Counted from the first letter of the stretch, positions 25,901 to 33,324 are shown. The stretch is 34,165 bases of DNA from Candidatus Eiseniibacteriota bacterium (GCA_020431745.1 JAGQHR010000001.1:1-34165); one strand, 5' to 3'. The notes: a model not told the origin generated them from the sequence alone. A program made the numbers and translations.

Positions 25901-26868
25901 TGCTCGACGGGCCGCTGCGGGACTACATCATCACGGCCGACAGCCCGAGCCAGCAGGCGATCATCCTGACGCTCACCTCCAGCGTGGGGGTCAACGCTCC
26001 GATCTACTCCGAGGTCGAGATCCACCCGGCTCTCGAATGGGAGTCCAGCACGGGTCCCAACGGTGTGGCCCAGCTCGTGGGCGCGATCTCGAACTCCAGC
26101 ACGACCTGGCAGGTGACGGACACTTCCCAGCTCGCGGCGGGGATGATCGTCCAAGTCGACGGCGAGTTCTGCACGGTCGAGCGAGTGATCGGCACGGTCG
26201 GCTCCTGGGACACCGGGTACGTGGAGGTCAACGCCCGGGGAGAGTGGGGGTCCGTCGCGGAAGCGCACGACGCGGGGACCCCACTCCTCGGCTACGTCTC
26301 GGTTCGCCAGGTGAACAAGCTGCACCGGCTGGGTGGGACGGGTCTGGAGTTCGGGATCGCGGTCGACGACAACCTCTCGATCGCCGAGCGGAAGCTCTAC
26401 CCGGGCGACGGCGTCGTGATCGAGACCCCCGGCTACCGCACGGCTGAGATGAAGCACCGATCCTACAGGCACAACCTGAGCGCGGGGATTGCGGCGCTCT
26501 CTGGAGAGCGGCGGGACCGGAAGATCCAGAACCGGTTCGTGAACGACGTCTACGCCCCGATCCTGGCCGAAGCGCATGCCACGCGCGACAAGGACCCGCG
26601 GCTGATGGCCGAGGGCGTGGTGATCCCCCTGTTCCCGAGCGCGTTCGCGGGTGCCACGGTCGCGATGCAGGCGAAGCGGCTGGTCTCGGACGGCTCCGCT
26701 ACCAACTACGAAATCTTGGGCGCCCGGCACGACCTGGGCAACTGGACGACGACGGTCGATCTGCGGGCCTTCGATGCGATCACGACGGCCGCGAAGTCCC
26801 CGGACACGGACACGGGCCTGGAGAGTGGCGGCGGGTTCGTCGCTGCGGGCCGCACAAGGAGGCGCTGA
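22960..26868 (+). CDS. large tail tip / host-recognition protein (1302 aa)
   Basis: GTGA overlap start. Size and position match gpJ/Tal-class central tail proteins. No catalytic motif recognised. Confidence 0.7.
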   Translation: MTATHAIYASATPELSRVLIEIQEDGGQWLDFNALTGGNQYETGLRTLPVVTSRMEAGKQIIIDEISSLTMANDPYEDKPYGIFDAPIGPSSPLTINGYTFTGWVGRYVRVRIAVASTGSSISTLGYWLIYDVQTTNREATLLLRSPLSTLANKSAETVKEGGQWYLGAHLSFLVERLLQASTPSGVASIAVSDLTRPVASAAVPSSWGPCPGYTGATGMSIERWVPKCFAADPNDEDILYVGFVVPDRQDQRSGGLGRFNIVRGRWEWITTPDQSTSLRAWYPVAMTARDVSGTVYLSVMTVEQGNVSQDTSARWLMRQSLWTAADGVISGSPSANKSMWGAFETLRKGIQAIPGGIAYYYCGYNDGLGSSAEQYYGEPPMVPFPQHVSQTFDSVLGNTVSLKTSLWFGYTPEPALGTYYTADNQYGIDDESFPVGSYIFFIAANLSATAYGHFRYYLSTAFRGRPLQHDDSWYWIAKNAGTHQYALAKGDWNDIDTDPDSDNFTLGGTEPMWDRQILAWSLAPSNTSTTDFYGWLSTIEWNESASATIPWSRAAIYWIRRTVAGVVTTGGPLWSETPTGETPDNARMIVDLYNPTLQSGGSGGSNSCGAVIGVVLNRANVAGLAYGLAVLKGTSPTNLTVLQMLGTSGYKGPRSGMPFSGFTTIASTINTATVQFIDQATGTVWQVVINTFTTSVTWTQLADGRPVHPIEHYVATDYGVRMTGSDGYGRSLWGMAPGLLPPMTHEDWTYDAAKPASQHHVPGLYPLVQLSQVIAPVLEVADFSGMNCREALEAILELCPDFRLRHSTTAQSIVVDERVEDTSIATLKDIEEYGVVNPQDNDELPAEPGYLRRISYDDVATSVEVVPYETASTGEPQVERLKAGYSTFAGEFLVRSRTPRPMRVEIVSVHGNDPTAGGDYETMISAGMFRWRRLAEVAQCYLAVAVVSSAVAITVRGITKKGGRYFAGEQELQSRGKVRVLDGPLRDYIITADSPSQQAIILTLTSSVGVNAPIYSEVEIHPALEWESSTGPNGVAQLVGAISNSSTTWQVTDTSQLAAGMIVQVDGEFCTVERVIGTVGSWDTGYVEVNARGEWGSVAEAHDAGTPLLGYVSVRQVNKLHRLGGTGLEFGIAVDDNLSIAERKLYPGDGVVIETPGYRTAEMKHRSYRHNLSAGIAALSGERRDRKIQNRFVNDVYAPILAEAHATRDKDPRLMAEGVVIPLFPSAFAGATVAMQAKRLVSDGSATNYEILGARHDLGNWTTTVDLRAFDAITTAAKSPDTDTGLESGGGFVAAGRTRRR

Positions 26869-26870
26869 CC

Positions 26871-28091
26871 ATGTTCCGCCGAATCTCGATCCTCGGCATG
26901 CTGGCTTTCATCTACGTCTGCACGTTCGCGGGGACATCCGACTGGGTGTCACTGTCTTCGCAGTCGGTCCAGGAAGACTACTGGGTCTACTACCCAGGCA
27001 CGGACACCGCGAACAGCGACTCCACGGCCGTCTTCCGGGCCTACGTCGAGAGTGCGGACACGAGCGATGCCGACAACCAGTTCGATGCGACGTGGGTGCG
27101 GTCCAATCTCCACCGATGGACGAACATCGAGCGGAGTGGCCGCTACACGGTCTACCGGATCGACAGCGCAGTGGACACGCTCTACGCGGAGTCGATCTTC
27201 CTGCACGGGCGACTAGCCGCGAAGGACGCGGTGGACGATACGACGCTCGCCGATGGTGCGGTCACGCTCGACAAGGTCGCAGCCGACGCGATCAACAGCT
27301 CCAAGATCGTCGATGGATCCCTTGCGGAAGCCGACTACGGCACAACCTCGATTCCCACGGCAGCCCTCCAGGATCTTGCGGTGACCGCCGCGAAGGTGGA
27401 CACGGGCCTGACCCCGGACAAGCTTGCCACAGGTGGGCGGCTCTGGTTCGGCACTCCAGACTCGGCCCAGTTCCAGACGATCTTCACGGCGCGGATCTCG
27501 CCGCCGACTGGTGGCGGTGCGGTCGAGCTGACGGGGGCTCGAGAAATCTACGGCGGGACCGACGTCAAGAGCGGCGGGGACATCACGGTCGAGTCGGGCG
27601 GATCACTCATCGCGGAGAGCGGATCCACCGTGGAGATCCGCGGGAACGCCACGCTCGGCAACTCGGCGTCCGACGTGATGACGTTCCAGGGTGCGATCCA
27701 GACGGAGCGGTACGACCGATTCGGGAACGGGTCGGGGGACACGACGGCCGTTGCCGGGCGCATCACCACGGGGACGACCTTCGCCGCGGGGGACTCTGCC
27801 TCCGCCTCGCTGAACGTCCAGGGCGGCCACTGGATGCTCAACCGGACGATCGCCTTCCAGGACACCATCGCGGGCGGGACAAGCACGCTCACGGTCAAGG
27901 TAGCGGGCGTGGAGTCGGGAGACTTCGCTATCTGCTGGCCGATCGAGCTTTCCGGATCGACCGCGGCCAACAATGTGGTCTCAGCCAAATGCTACGACGG
28001 CGAGATCCACTTCGATCGTGGGGGCAGCACCAACGACATCATCTTCGGCGTGATCGTGGTCAAGCGTGGACCTTCTACCGCGGGGTTCTAA
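26871..28091 (+). CDS. tail fibre-like protein with hydrophobic N-terminus
   Basis: AAGGAGG RBS. DGAVTLDKVAADAINSSKIVDGSLAEADYG...ALQDLAVTAAKVD reiterated motifs are typical of phage fibres. N-terminus is MFRRISILGMLAFIYVCTFAG. Confidence 0.6.
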   Translation: MFRRISILGMLAFIYVCTFAGTSDWVSLSSQSVQEDYWVYYPGTDTANSDSTAVFRAYVESADTSDADNQFDATWVRSNLHRWTNIERSGRYTVYRIDSAVDTLYAESIFLHGRLAAKDAVDDTTLADGAVTLDKVAADAINSSKIVDGSLAEADYGTTSIPTAALQDLAVTAAKVDTGLTPDKLATGGRLWFGTPDSAQFQTIFTARISPPTGGGAVELTGAREIYGGTDVKSGGDITVESGGSLIAESGSTVEIRGNATLGNSASDVMTFQGAIQTERYDRFGNGSGDTTAVAGRITTGTTFAAGDSASASLNVQGGHWMLNRTIAFQDTIAGGTSTLTVKVAGVESGDFAICWPIELSGSTAANNVVSAKCYDGEIHFDRGGSTNDIIFGVIVVKRGPSTAGF

Positions 28092-28093
28092 CC

Positions 28094-29041
28094 ATGCCCT
28101 TCGCTCCCACCTATCCGACGTTCGCGCTGATCTCAGACTGGCACCAGCCAACAGCCGGCCCTGAGGCGGATGCTCACCAGAGACGCGCATGCGAGCTGAT
28201 TGAGGATCGCGCTCCGGCTGCGGTGCTCTGTTCAGGTGATGCGCTGCTGAATGCGGAGCCGTACACCCTGTTAGACTTCTTGGCTGGCGAGCTAACGGTA
28301 CCCATCTACATCGCGCCCGGGAATCACGACACCACGTCACCGCCTTCGGTGCCCTACGGCACGGTGGCAGACGATCCCCACGCGGCCCTCAAGGCTGCGT
28401 TCCCCCAAATCTACGGGGCGAACGACTGGGGAATGCTCACCATCGAAGGTGTGCGGATCTATTTCTGCTCAAACAACTCGCCGCACATCTCATCGGCCGG
28501 CGAGGATACGTACCGAAACTGCAACCCTCCGGGAAACCAGACTGGCAACCCCGAACGGTCCGGGTGGTCGGATCCAGAGTCGGATCAGCGGCAGTGGCTC
28601 AACGTCGCGTGCGAGGCATGGGCCGGGCAGCACGTCCTGCTCATCACCCATCGCCCGCACTATGCCCCGTTCTCCAGCGACATCCGGCCGTTGCATCCGT
28701 GCGTCCAGGCGTTGGAGATTCCGGTGCAGGCGTCGGTCGGCAAGACGTTCCTGCACTTGGGTGCGGACATCCACGTTGCCTCGCACTGCCGGGTCTCAGC
28801 GTTCGGGTGCGAGTTCAGCACGCTGACGCTCCGGGGCGGCTACTTCAATCGGGCGGTCGATCCGATCATCGAGACGCTGTGGGACGCTGGAACCGACCAC
28901 CAACACGAGGTGGACGTGGCGTTCCTGTCCTACGAGTTCGGTGCGGCGCAGCTCGAGGTGTGGACATGTTCGGACGAGTACCCGGATGGGATCTTGGCGC
29001 ACTCGGCAACGATCCTGCCGGTGACAGGTGGGGCACAGTAG
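28094..29041 (+). CDS. calcineurin-like metallophosphoesterase
   Basis: ISDWH (DxH), SGDAL (GD), APGNHD (GNHD), LITHRP and GADIHVASH motifs occur in canonical order. Internal start ATG 28094 of ORF 26651-29041. Confidence 0.75.
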   Translation: MPFAPTYPTFALISDWHQPTAGPEADAHQRRACELIEDRAPAAVLCSGDALLNAEPYTLLDFLAGELTVPIYIAPGNHDTTSPPSVPYGTVADDPHAALKAAFPQIYGANDWGMLTIEGVRIYFCSNNSPHISSAGEDTYRNCNPPGNQTGNPERSGWSDPESDQRQWLNVACEAWAGQHVLLITHRPHYAPFSSDIRPLHPCVQALEIPVQASVGKTFLHLGADIHVASHCRVSAFGCEFSTLTLRGGYFNRAVDPIIETLWDAGTDHQHEVDVAFLSYEFGAAQLEVWTCSDEYPDGILAHSATILPVTGGAQ

Positions 29042-29053
29042 CAGAAAGGATCT

Positions 29054-29368
29054 TTGGTCGTGGCCGATCCAGTCCTCATCGACAGCGCCCTCGTGGCTGG
29101 TGCTCTGCACTTCGTGACCCAGCTCCTGCGGACACTGCGCGACGAGCGCGAGCGGTGGAAGCAGAAGCGAAACGGAGGCACTCCCGAGGACAAAATCGTG
29201 CGCCATCTGGCGGGGATCCGGAAAGGGGTGCGCGGCATGCGGAAAGAGCAGGCGAAACAGACCGGACAACTACTCAGCGAACACCAAAAGACGCGCGCCG
29301 TCAACTACGAGACCAGGGAGAACACCGTGCGGATCCTGGACCGTCTTCCGGGGAGGCCATCTTCGTGA
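29054..29368 (+). CDS. hypothetical protein (lysis-cassette position)
   Basis: TTG/GTG start region after AAAGGA. Hydrophobic N-terminal segment, then a basic coiled region. Confidence 0.45.
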   Translation: MVVADPVLIDSALVAGALHFVTQLLRTLRDERERWKQKRNGGTPEDKIVRHLAGIRKGVRGMRKEQAKQTGQLLSEHQKTRAVNYETRENTVRILDRLPGRPSS

Positions 29369-29820
29369 GCTTCGATCGCCACCACTTCTACGGGTTCGTC
29401 TCGCACGTTCTGACCCAGCACCAGCTTTGGTCGCCGGCTGCGGTGAATCTCGTGCTCGGGACCTGCGCGCAGGAGAGCCACTTCGGCGAGTACCGACGGC
29501 AGCTCGGAGGCGGGCCGGCGCGTGGCGTCTACCAGGAGGAGCCCGCGACGTTTGCTTGGCTCCGGCGCAAGTACGGCCGACGGTTCCCGCTGATCGCGGA
29601 TCGATCCTTTGGCGAGATCGAACACGACGATTACCTGGCCACGCTCCACGCACGGCTGCGGTATCTGGTGGTCCCGGAGCCGTTGCCGGATCCGAATGAC
29701 GTGGAGGCGTTGGGCCGGTACTGGAAGCAGCACTACAACACGGAGGCCGGCAAGGGAACGGTGGACGAGTTCGTGCGGAACTACCGGCAGTTCGTCGAAC
29801 CCGAAGGAGTGATCGCGTGA
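29365..29820 (+). CDS. lytic transglycosylase-like endolysin
   Basis: GTCAQESHFG (catalytic E-S box) and GPARGVYQ (GLMQ-like box) match the SLT domain pattern. GTGA overlap start after GGGGAGG. Confidence 0.65.
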   Translation: MSFDRHHFYGFVSHVLTQHQLWSPAAVNLVLGTCAQESHFGEYRRQLGGGPARGVYQEEPATFAWLRRKYGRRFPLIADRSFGEIEHDDYLATLHARLRYLVVPEPLPDPNDVEALGRYWKQHYNTEAGKGTVDEFVRNYRQFVEPEGVIA

Positions 29821-30185
29821 AACTCCCCGGCCACCACAGGGAGATGCCCGGCCAGGGTGGCCACGGGAACGAGCCGCCGCTGGCACAGAAGGCAGTCGTC
29901 GCGCTCGCCAAGCGATGGCTGAGAAAGAAACTCGAACAGGGGGACAAGATGGGAAACCCGTTCACGCTCACCGACAAACCGATGACCAAATCGGTCACCA
30001 TCATCGTGCTCGTGCTCTATGTGCTCGGCCGGTTGATGACCCACGCCGCGACCGCCCTCCAGACCGGCGACTGGTCTGGGATGCTGGACTGGCTCCAGTC
30101 GGAAGACTTCTGGCAGATGATTGCTGCCGGTGGTGCTGTCTTTGGGCTTCGCAAGGCAATCGGGTCGGGCGCAGTCGGACGATGA
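29817..30185 (+). CDS. holin-like membrane protein
   Basis: Two hydrophobic helices (SVTIIVLVLYVLGRLM, MIAAGGAVFGL). GTGA overlap start at 29817. Alternative ATG 29949 lies after AGGGGGA. Confidence 0.5.
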   Translation: MKLPGHHREMPGQGGHGNEPPLAQKAVVALAKRWLRKKLEQGDKMGNPFTLTDKPMTKSVTIIVLVLYVLGRLMTHAATALQTGDWSGMLDWLQSEDFWQMIAAGGAVFGLRKAIGSGAVGR

Positions 30186-30463
30186 ACTGGCGCGACTACT
30201 GGCGGCCGAAGCACGGCCCCTTGCTCACCTGGGGGCGCGGATCCCACTGCGCTTTCGGCGCGATCGTCTGCTGGCTCTCCTCGTTGGCCTGGGGATACGC
30301 CGGGCTCGCCGTGGGCGTGCTCGCCGCGGCGGGCTTTGCCTGGGCCTGGGAGCGGTGCACCTACTACATCGCGCCGCTGGCCCGCTGGAAGCACCCGTAC
30401 GGGGACGTGCGGGACCTGGCGGCGTACATCGTGGGGGCGCTGCTCGTGGCGCTCCTGAGCTGA
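30182..30463 (+). CDS. small multi-pass membrane protein (lysis accessory?)
   Basis: ATGA overlap. Hydrophobic segments AFGAIVCWLSSLAWGYAGLAVGVLAAAGFAWAW and AAYIVGALLVALL. Confidence 0.55.
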   Translation: MNWRDYWRPKHGPLLTWGRGSHCAFGAIVCWLSSLAWGYAGLAVGVLAAAGFAWAWERCTYYIAPLARWKHPYGDVRDLAAYIVGALLVALLS

Positions 30464-30563
30464 TGGTGGGTGCCGCGACAACCTCGGGCGGCGAGAGGCG
30501 CATCCCGAGGGGCCCCGTCCGTGGCACCTGCCCTCAAAACAGAAAGGACCGAGAAACTCACCC

Positions 30564-31082
30564 ATGCGAATCCTTCTCGCAACGCTGCACCTGGTGTTCG
30601 GGCTCGCGGCTTCCACGCCGCACGTCGTGATCGCCAACGGGACCGTCGTGGACACGCTGTCGAGCTCGTCCGCGGGGTCGCTCACCTTCGAGTCGGACCT
30701 GCGCGGCCGGTTCGAAATCATGCCGGTGGGCGAGGTGCCGATCCCACCGACCGAGTGTCCTGACCTGGTGGTGACGACGGTGCACGCTGAGGCGCCGTGC
30801 AACAACGGTCGGTGGGATGTCACCTTCACGATCGCGAACGTGGGCCAGGCTCCTGCGGGAGCGTTCCGCTCGCGGGTCACGCTGCAGTCCCCCGCGGGGG
30901 AGGAGCCGTCGATCAAGTGCGAGTATGACTACGCGGGGCTTCCGGTTGGAGCGTCAGAGGACCGGACGTGCAAGCTGGCGACGAATCGGCCGGATGAGCC
31001 GGTGGGCCAGTGGCGGGTGCGGATCATCGCGGACCATCAGGGTCAGGTGGCAGAGTCGGACGAGACGAACAACGAGTGGTAA
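30564..31082 (+). CDS. secreted CARDB-like domain protein
   Basis: Signal-like MRILLATLHLVFGLAAS. PDLVVT...FTIANVGQAPAGAF...IIADHQGQVAESDETNNEW matches the CARDB pattern (PDL.V, N.G, D..N.V.ES.E.NN). Confidence 0.65.
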   Translation: MRILLATLHLVFGLAASTPHVVIANGTVVDTLSSSSAGSLTFESDLRGRFEIMPVGEVPIPPTECPDLVVTTVHAEAPCNNGRWDVTFTIANVGQAPAGAFRSRVTLQSPAGEEPSIKCEYDYAGLPVGASEDRTCKLATNRPDEPVGQWRVRIIADHQGQVAESDETNNEW

Positions 31083-31090
31083 TCAATCTC

Positions 31091-31204
31091 CTAGCAGCCC
31101 GCGAGGATCATCACGCCAGACAGCAGAAAAGCGATGAGGATCCCGACCAGGACCGTGAAGAGCATCGCGGCTTCGGACCTGGTGAGCAGCGGCCGCTCAG
31201 CCAT
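31091..31204 (-). CDS. 37-aa hydrophobic peptide (last gene of leftward operon)
   Basis: Own translation: MAERPLLTRSEAAMLFTVLVGILIAFLLSGVMILAGC. GGGAGG lies 6 nt upstream. The start shares 1 nt with the upstream stop (TGATG). Below the ORF-track cutoff. Confidence 0.35.
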   Translation of the reverse strand: MAERPLLTRSEAAMLFTVLVGILIAFLLSGVMILAGC

Positions 31205-31872
31205 CAGGCGCCTCCCGGGACCAGGAGATCGATCCCGTTCTCTCGGCACATCTCGATCAGCGCGTCACGTTCGGCGGTGGTGTAACTGAACCACTCATTT
31301 CCGCAGACGTATTGACCACGAACCTCTCGCACAGGATCGCTTCTGATCCAGTCTCCGGCTCGCTCCACGCTCTCGATGATGTCGGACCCATCGTTCGTCC
31401 CCGACCAGCCTTCGTCAGCCTCGAGCCACGCAGTATCCGACATCCAGATCTCTCCCGCATGATCGAGATACTGCCGGTCCTGCTGGCGGATGCGCTCTTC
31501 GCGGGTCATTGGTCGCACCAGTCGATTGGTGGGCGGCATCCGAACCGAACCATGAAGATGGTTAGCGGGTCTATTCGTAGCAGCTTTCCGGCGAGGCTTC
31601 CTCTCCCACACTTCGAGTGTGAACCCGCTATGCTCCTGCTCGCCCGAGTCCCGGCGCTCGACCACCGTGGTCATGCGGTGCACCCGGACCTCGGACATGT
31701 AGCCGAGAACGGCCGCAGCGACCTCGTGAATGCCCGCGTCGGGAGCCGCCAGATCGATCTCGAACATGGAGTAGGAGGGGATCCAGGCTTCGCCTTCGAT
31801 GAGCTGGTGGGAGCCGTCGGGCATCTGGCAGCGGAGGGAGACGCGGAGCCTTTGGGGGTCACGGCCGGGCAT
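31204..31872 (-). CDS. hypothetical protein (222 aa)
   Basis: Start ATG 31872 shares one nt with the upstream TGA (TGATG). Internal start of ORF 31204-32073. Confidence 0.55.
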   Translation of the reverse strand: MPGRDPQRLRVSLRCQMPDGSHQLIEGEAWIPSYSMFEIDLAAPDAGIHEVAAAVLGYMSEVRVHRMTTVVERRDSGEQEHSGFTLEVWERKPRRKAATNRPANHLHGSVRMPPTNRLVRPMTREERIRQQDRQYLDHAGEIWMSDTAWLEADEGWSGTNDGSDIIESVERAGDWIRSDPVREVRGQYVCGNEWFSYTTAERDALIEMCRENGIDLLVPGGA

Positions 31873-32126
31873 CACTTCCGCCTCAGCGTGTCGCGCAGGC
31901 TGCGCAGCAGATCGAAGACCGCCTCGCGCAGCTCGCGCGACTTGCCGATGAACGTGTTCTCCTCGGCGTCCAGCATGTCCTCCGTGATCCCGCGCGGGCA
32001 GATCATCGGGTTGTGGAGGGCGGGATCCCGGAACTTCTCGAGGGCGATGAACGTCCCGCAGCGCTCGCACCACCGGACGGTCTCGCCGTCGGGGTATTCG
32101 AGTACCAGTGGATGTGTCTCTCTCAT
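31872..32126 (-). CDS. hypothetical protein (84 aa, CxxC)
   Basis: Start 32126 in an ATGA overlap. GGAGA lies upstream. WCERCG motif. Confidence 0.55.
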   Translation of the reverse strand: MRETHPLVLEYPDGETVRWCERCGTFIALEKFRDPALHNPMICPRGITEDMLDAEENTFIGKSRELREAVFDLLRSLRDTLRRK

Positions 32127-32332
32127 TCTCCGGCCTTCTTCCTCGCCGGCATCAGCCCGGATTCGAGCAGCAGGTTCCGCAGGTCTGGCGCGGCGTCCCG
32201 CTCCAGGATTTCGTCGATGACCCTTGAGAGCGCATCTGGTAGCGGCACGACCATCTTGATTTCCGGCCATTCGAGTCGCCAGAGCCCACCTCCCCGCAGG
32301 AGATGGGGCTCCGGGTGGCTGGGCCAATTCAT
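32123..32332 (-). CDS. hypothetical protein (69 aa)
   Basis: Start 32332 in an ATGA overlap. GGGAGGG lies upstream. Confidence 0.55.
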   Translation of the reverse strand: MNWPSHPEPHLLRGGGLWRLEWPEIKMVVPLPDALSRVIDEILERDAAPDLRNLLLESGLMPARKKAGE

Positions 32333-32631
32333 GCTCCGAACCCTCCCGCCCTCGCCCGGTCGACTTCCACGCGGAACTGCCGGGCGCGCAGCTCCTCGGC
32401 CAACGGCTCCGCGGCCGTCACATCCAACACGCGGACACGATAGCACCAGAGGACCGAACGCCCCACCCACAGCCTTCGCAGCTCGGGCTCCGTCGTCGAG
32501 AGACCCCCGATCTGCTCCGACACGCACCGCAGGGCGTCGTCCACCGATGCTGTGAGAACCGCCTTCCGTCTATCGGTGGCCACAAGGCACAGGCAGTCAC
32601 CATCGATCTCGATGCGGGCGTGGCGGCTCAT
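32329..32631 (-). CDS. hypothetical protein (100 aa)
   Basis: Start 32631 in an ATGA overlap. No SD, so it would depend on translational coupling. Confidence 0.5.
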   Translation of the reverse strand: MSRHARIEIDGDCLCLVATDRRKAVLTASVDDALRCVSEQIGGLSTTEPELRRLWVGRSVLWCYRVRVLDVTAAEPLAEELRARQFRVEVDRARAGGFGA

Positions 32632-32789
32632 CGTGAAACGAACGTCGCGACGAGAAACATCCACGCCACCGTGCACAGAAACACGAAGATGAGCCCTGCC
32701 GGAACAGCGGCGATCGCGAGCTTGGTGAGGAAGCTGACCAGGTCGAAAAACCCGATGCGGATTCCCACGATTTCAACTTTATCCGTCAT
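32628..32789 (-). CDS. 53-aa membrane peptide
   Basis: Start 32789 in an ATGA overlap. GGAGG lies upstream. LAIAAVPAGLIFVFLCTVAWMFLVATFV is hydrophobic. Confidence 0.5.
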   Translation of the reverse strand: MTDKVEIVGIRIGFFDLVSFLTKLAIAAVPAGLIFVFLCTVAWMFLVATFVSR

Positions 32790-33154
32790 CGGTGCGATAC
32801 CTCCATGCGCTCGCGTTCGGCGCGGAATGCTGCCTCGCCGGCCGTTGATTCGTCGGCGTGAGAGACCTTCCGCCCCATGCGCTCCGATTCCGCTACGAAC
32901 TGGTCTGCCACGGCGAGCGGGCACAGGATGATGACTGGCTTGCCGGTGGCTTCCGAGACGTGATGAGCCCATTCGATCGCCATCCACGACTTGCCGAGCC
33001 CGCAGTCCGCCCACACCGCTGCCCTGGCGCGGCGCAGAGCCCACCGAACAACGGCAGCCTGGAACGGGAACAGCTTTGCGTTCACGTCATTGACCGTGAT
33101 GCCATCCGGGTGGACTATCCTGCGCTTCTGTGCGACGAAGTCCCCGTAGCTCAC
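32786..33154 (-). CDS. SNF2/DEAD-like helicase N-terminal fragment (motif I/Ia only)
   Basis: LFPFQAAVVRWALRRARAAVWADCGLGKSWMAIEWA...KPVIILCPLAVADQFVAESERMG matches the Q-motif, Walker A (GLGKS/T) and motif Ia of phage SNF2-type helicases. The ORF stops about 30 aa later, with no DEAH box or C-terminal lobe. GTG 33154 is in a GTGA overlap with the HTH gene. Confidence 0.6.
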   Translation of the reverse strand: MSYGDFVAQKRRIVHPDGITVNDVNAKLFPFQAAVVRWALRRARAAVWADCGLGKSWMAIEWAHHVSEATGKPVIILCPLAVADQFVAESERMGRKVSHADESTAGEAAFRAERERMEVSHR

Positions 33155-33324
33155 CGTGCCCTCCTCATCCCGGACGGTTTCGGGCCGCGCGGGCGGGACG
33201 CCACGCCCTCGGCCCGCACCCAACGCCAGACCGTGCCGATCGCAACCCCGAAGCTAACCGCAATCTGCGCATAGGTTTGCCCTTTCTTGTAGAGCCGGGC
33301 CGCTCTCTGTTGGTTTGTCTCCAT
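33151..33324 (-). CDS. 57-aa helix-turn-helix DNA-binding protein (first gene of leftward operon)
   Basis: Own translation: METNQQRAARLYKKGQTYAQIAVSFGVAIGTVWRWVRAEGVASRPRGPKPSGMRRAR. GQTYAQIAVSFGVAIGTVWRW is a classic HTH. No SD, and the candidate -10 ends 6 nt before the ATG. Confidence 0.6.
   Translation of the reverse strand: METNQQRAARLYKKGQTYAQIAVSFGVAIGTVWRWVRAEGVASRPRGPKPSGMRRAR

Noticed and set aside
23620-26730. 1036-aa minus-strand ORF
   Set aside because: It is antisense to the 1302-aa tail protein. Its composition is dominated by Arg/Gly/Pro/Asp/His/Val, as expected for the reverse frame of GC-rich coding DNA. It has no RBS or partner genes on that strand.
31312-32555. Plus-strand ORFs across the leftward operon (31312-32220, 32013-32555)
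   Set aside because: Their composition is Ser/Arg/Pro-rich and they have no RBS. The minus strand carries an unbroken chain of coupled starts and stops, plus recognisable HTH and helicase motifs.
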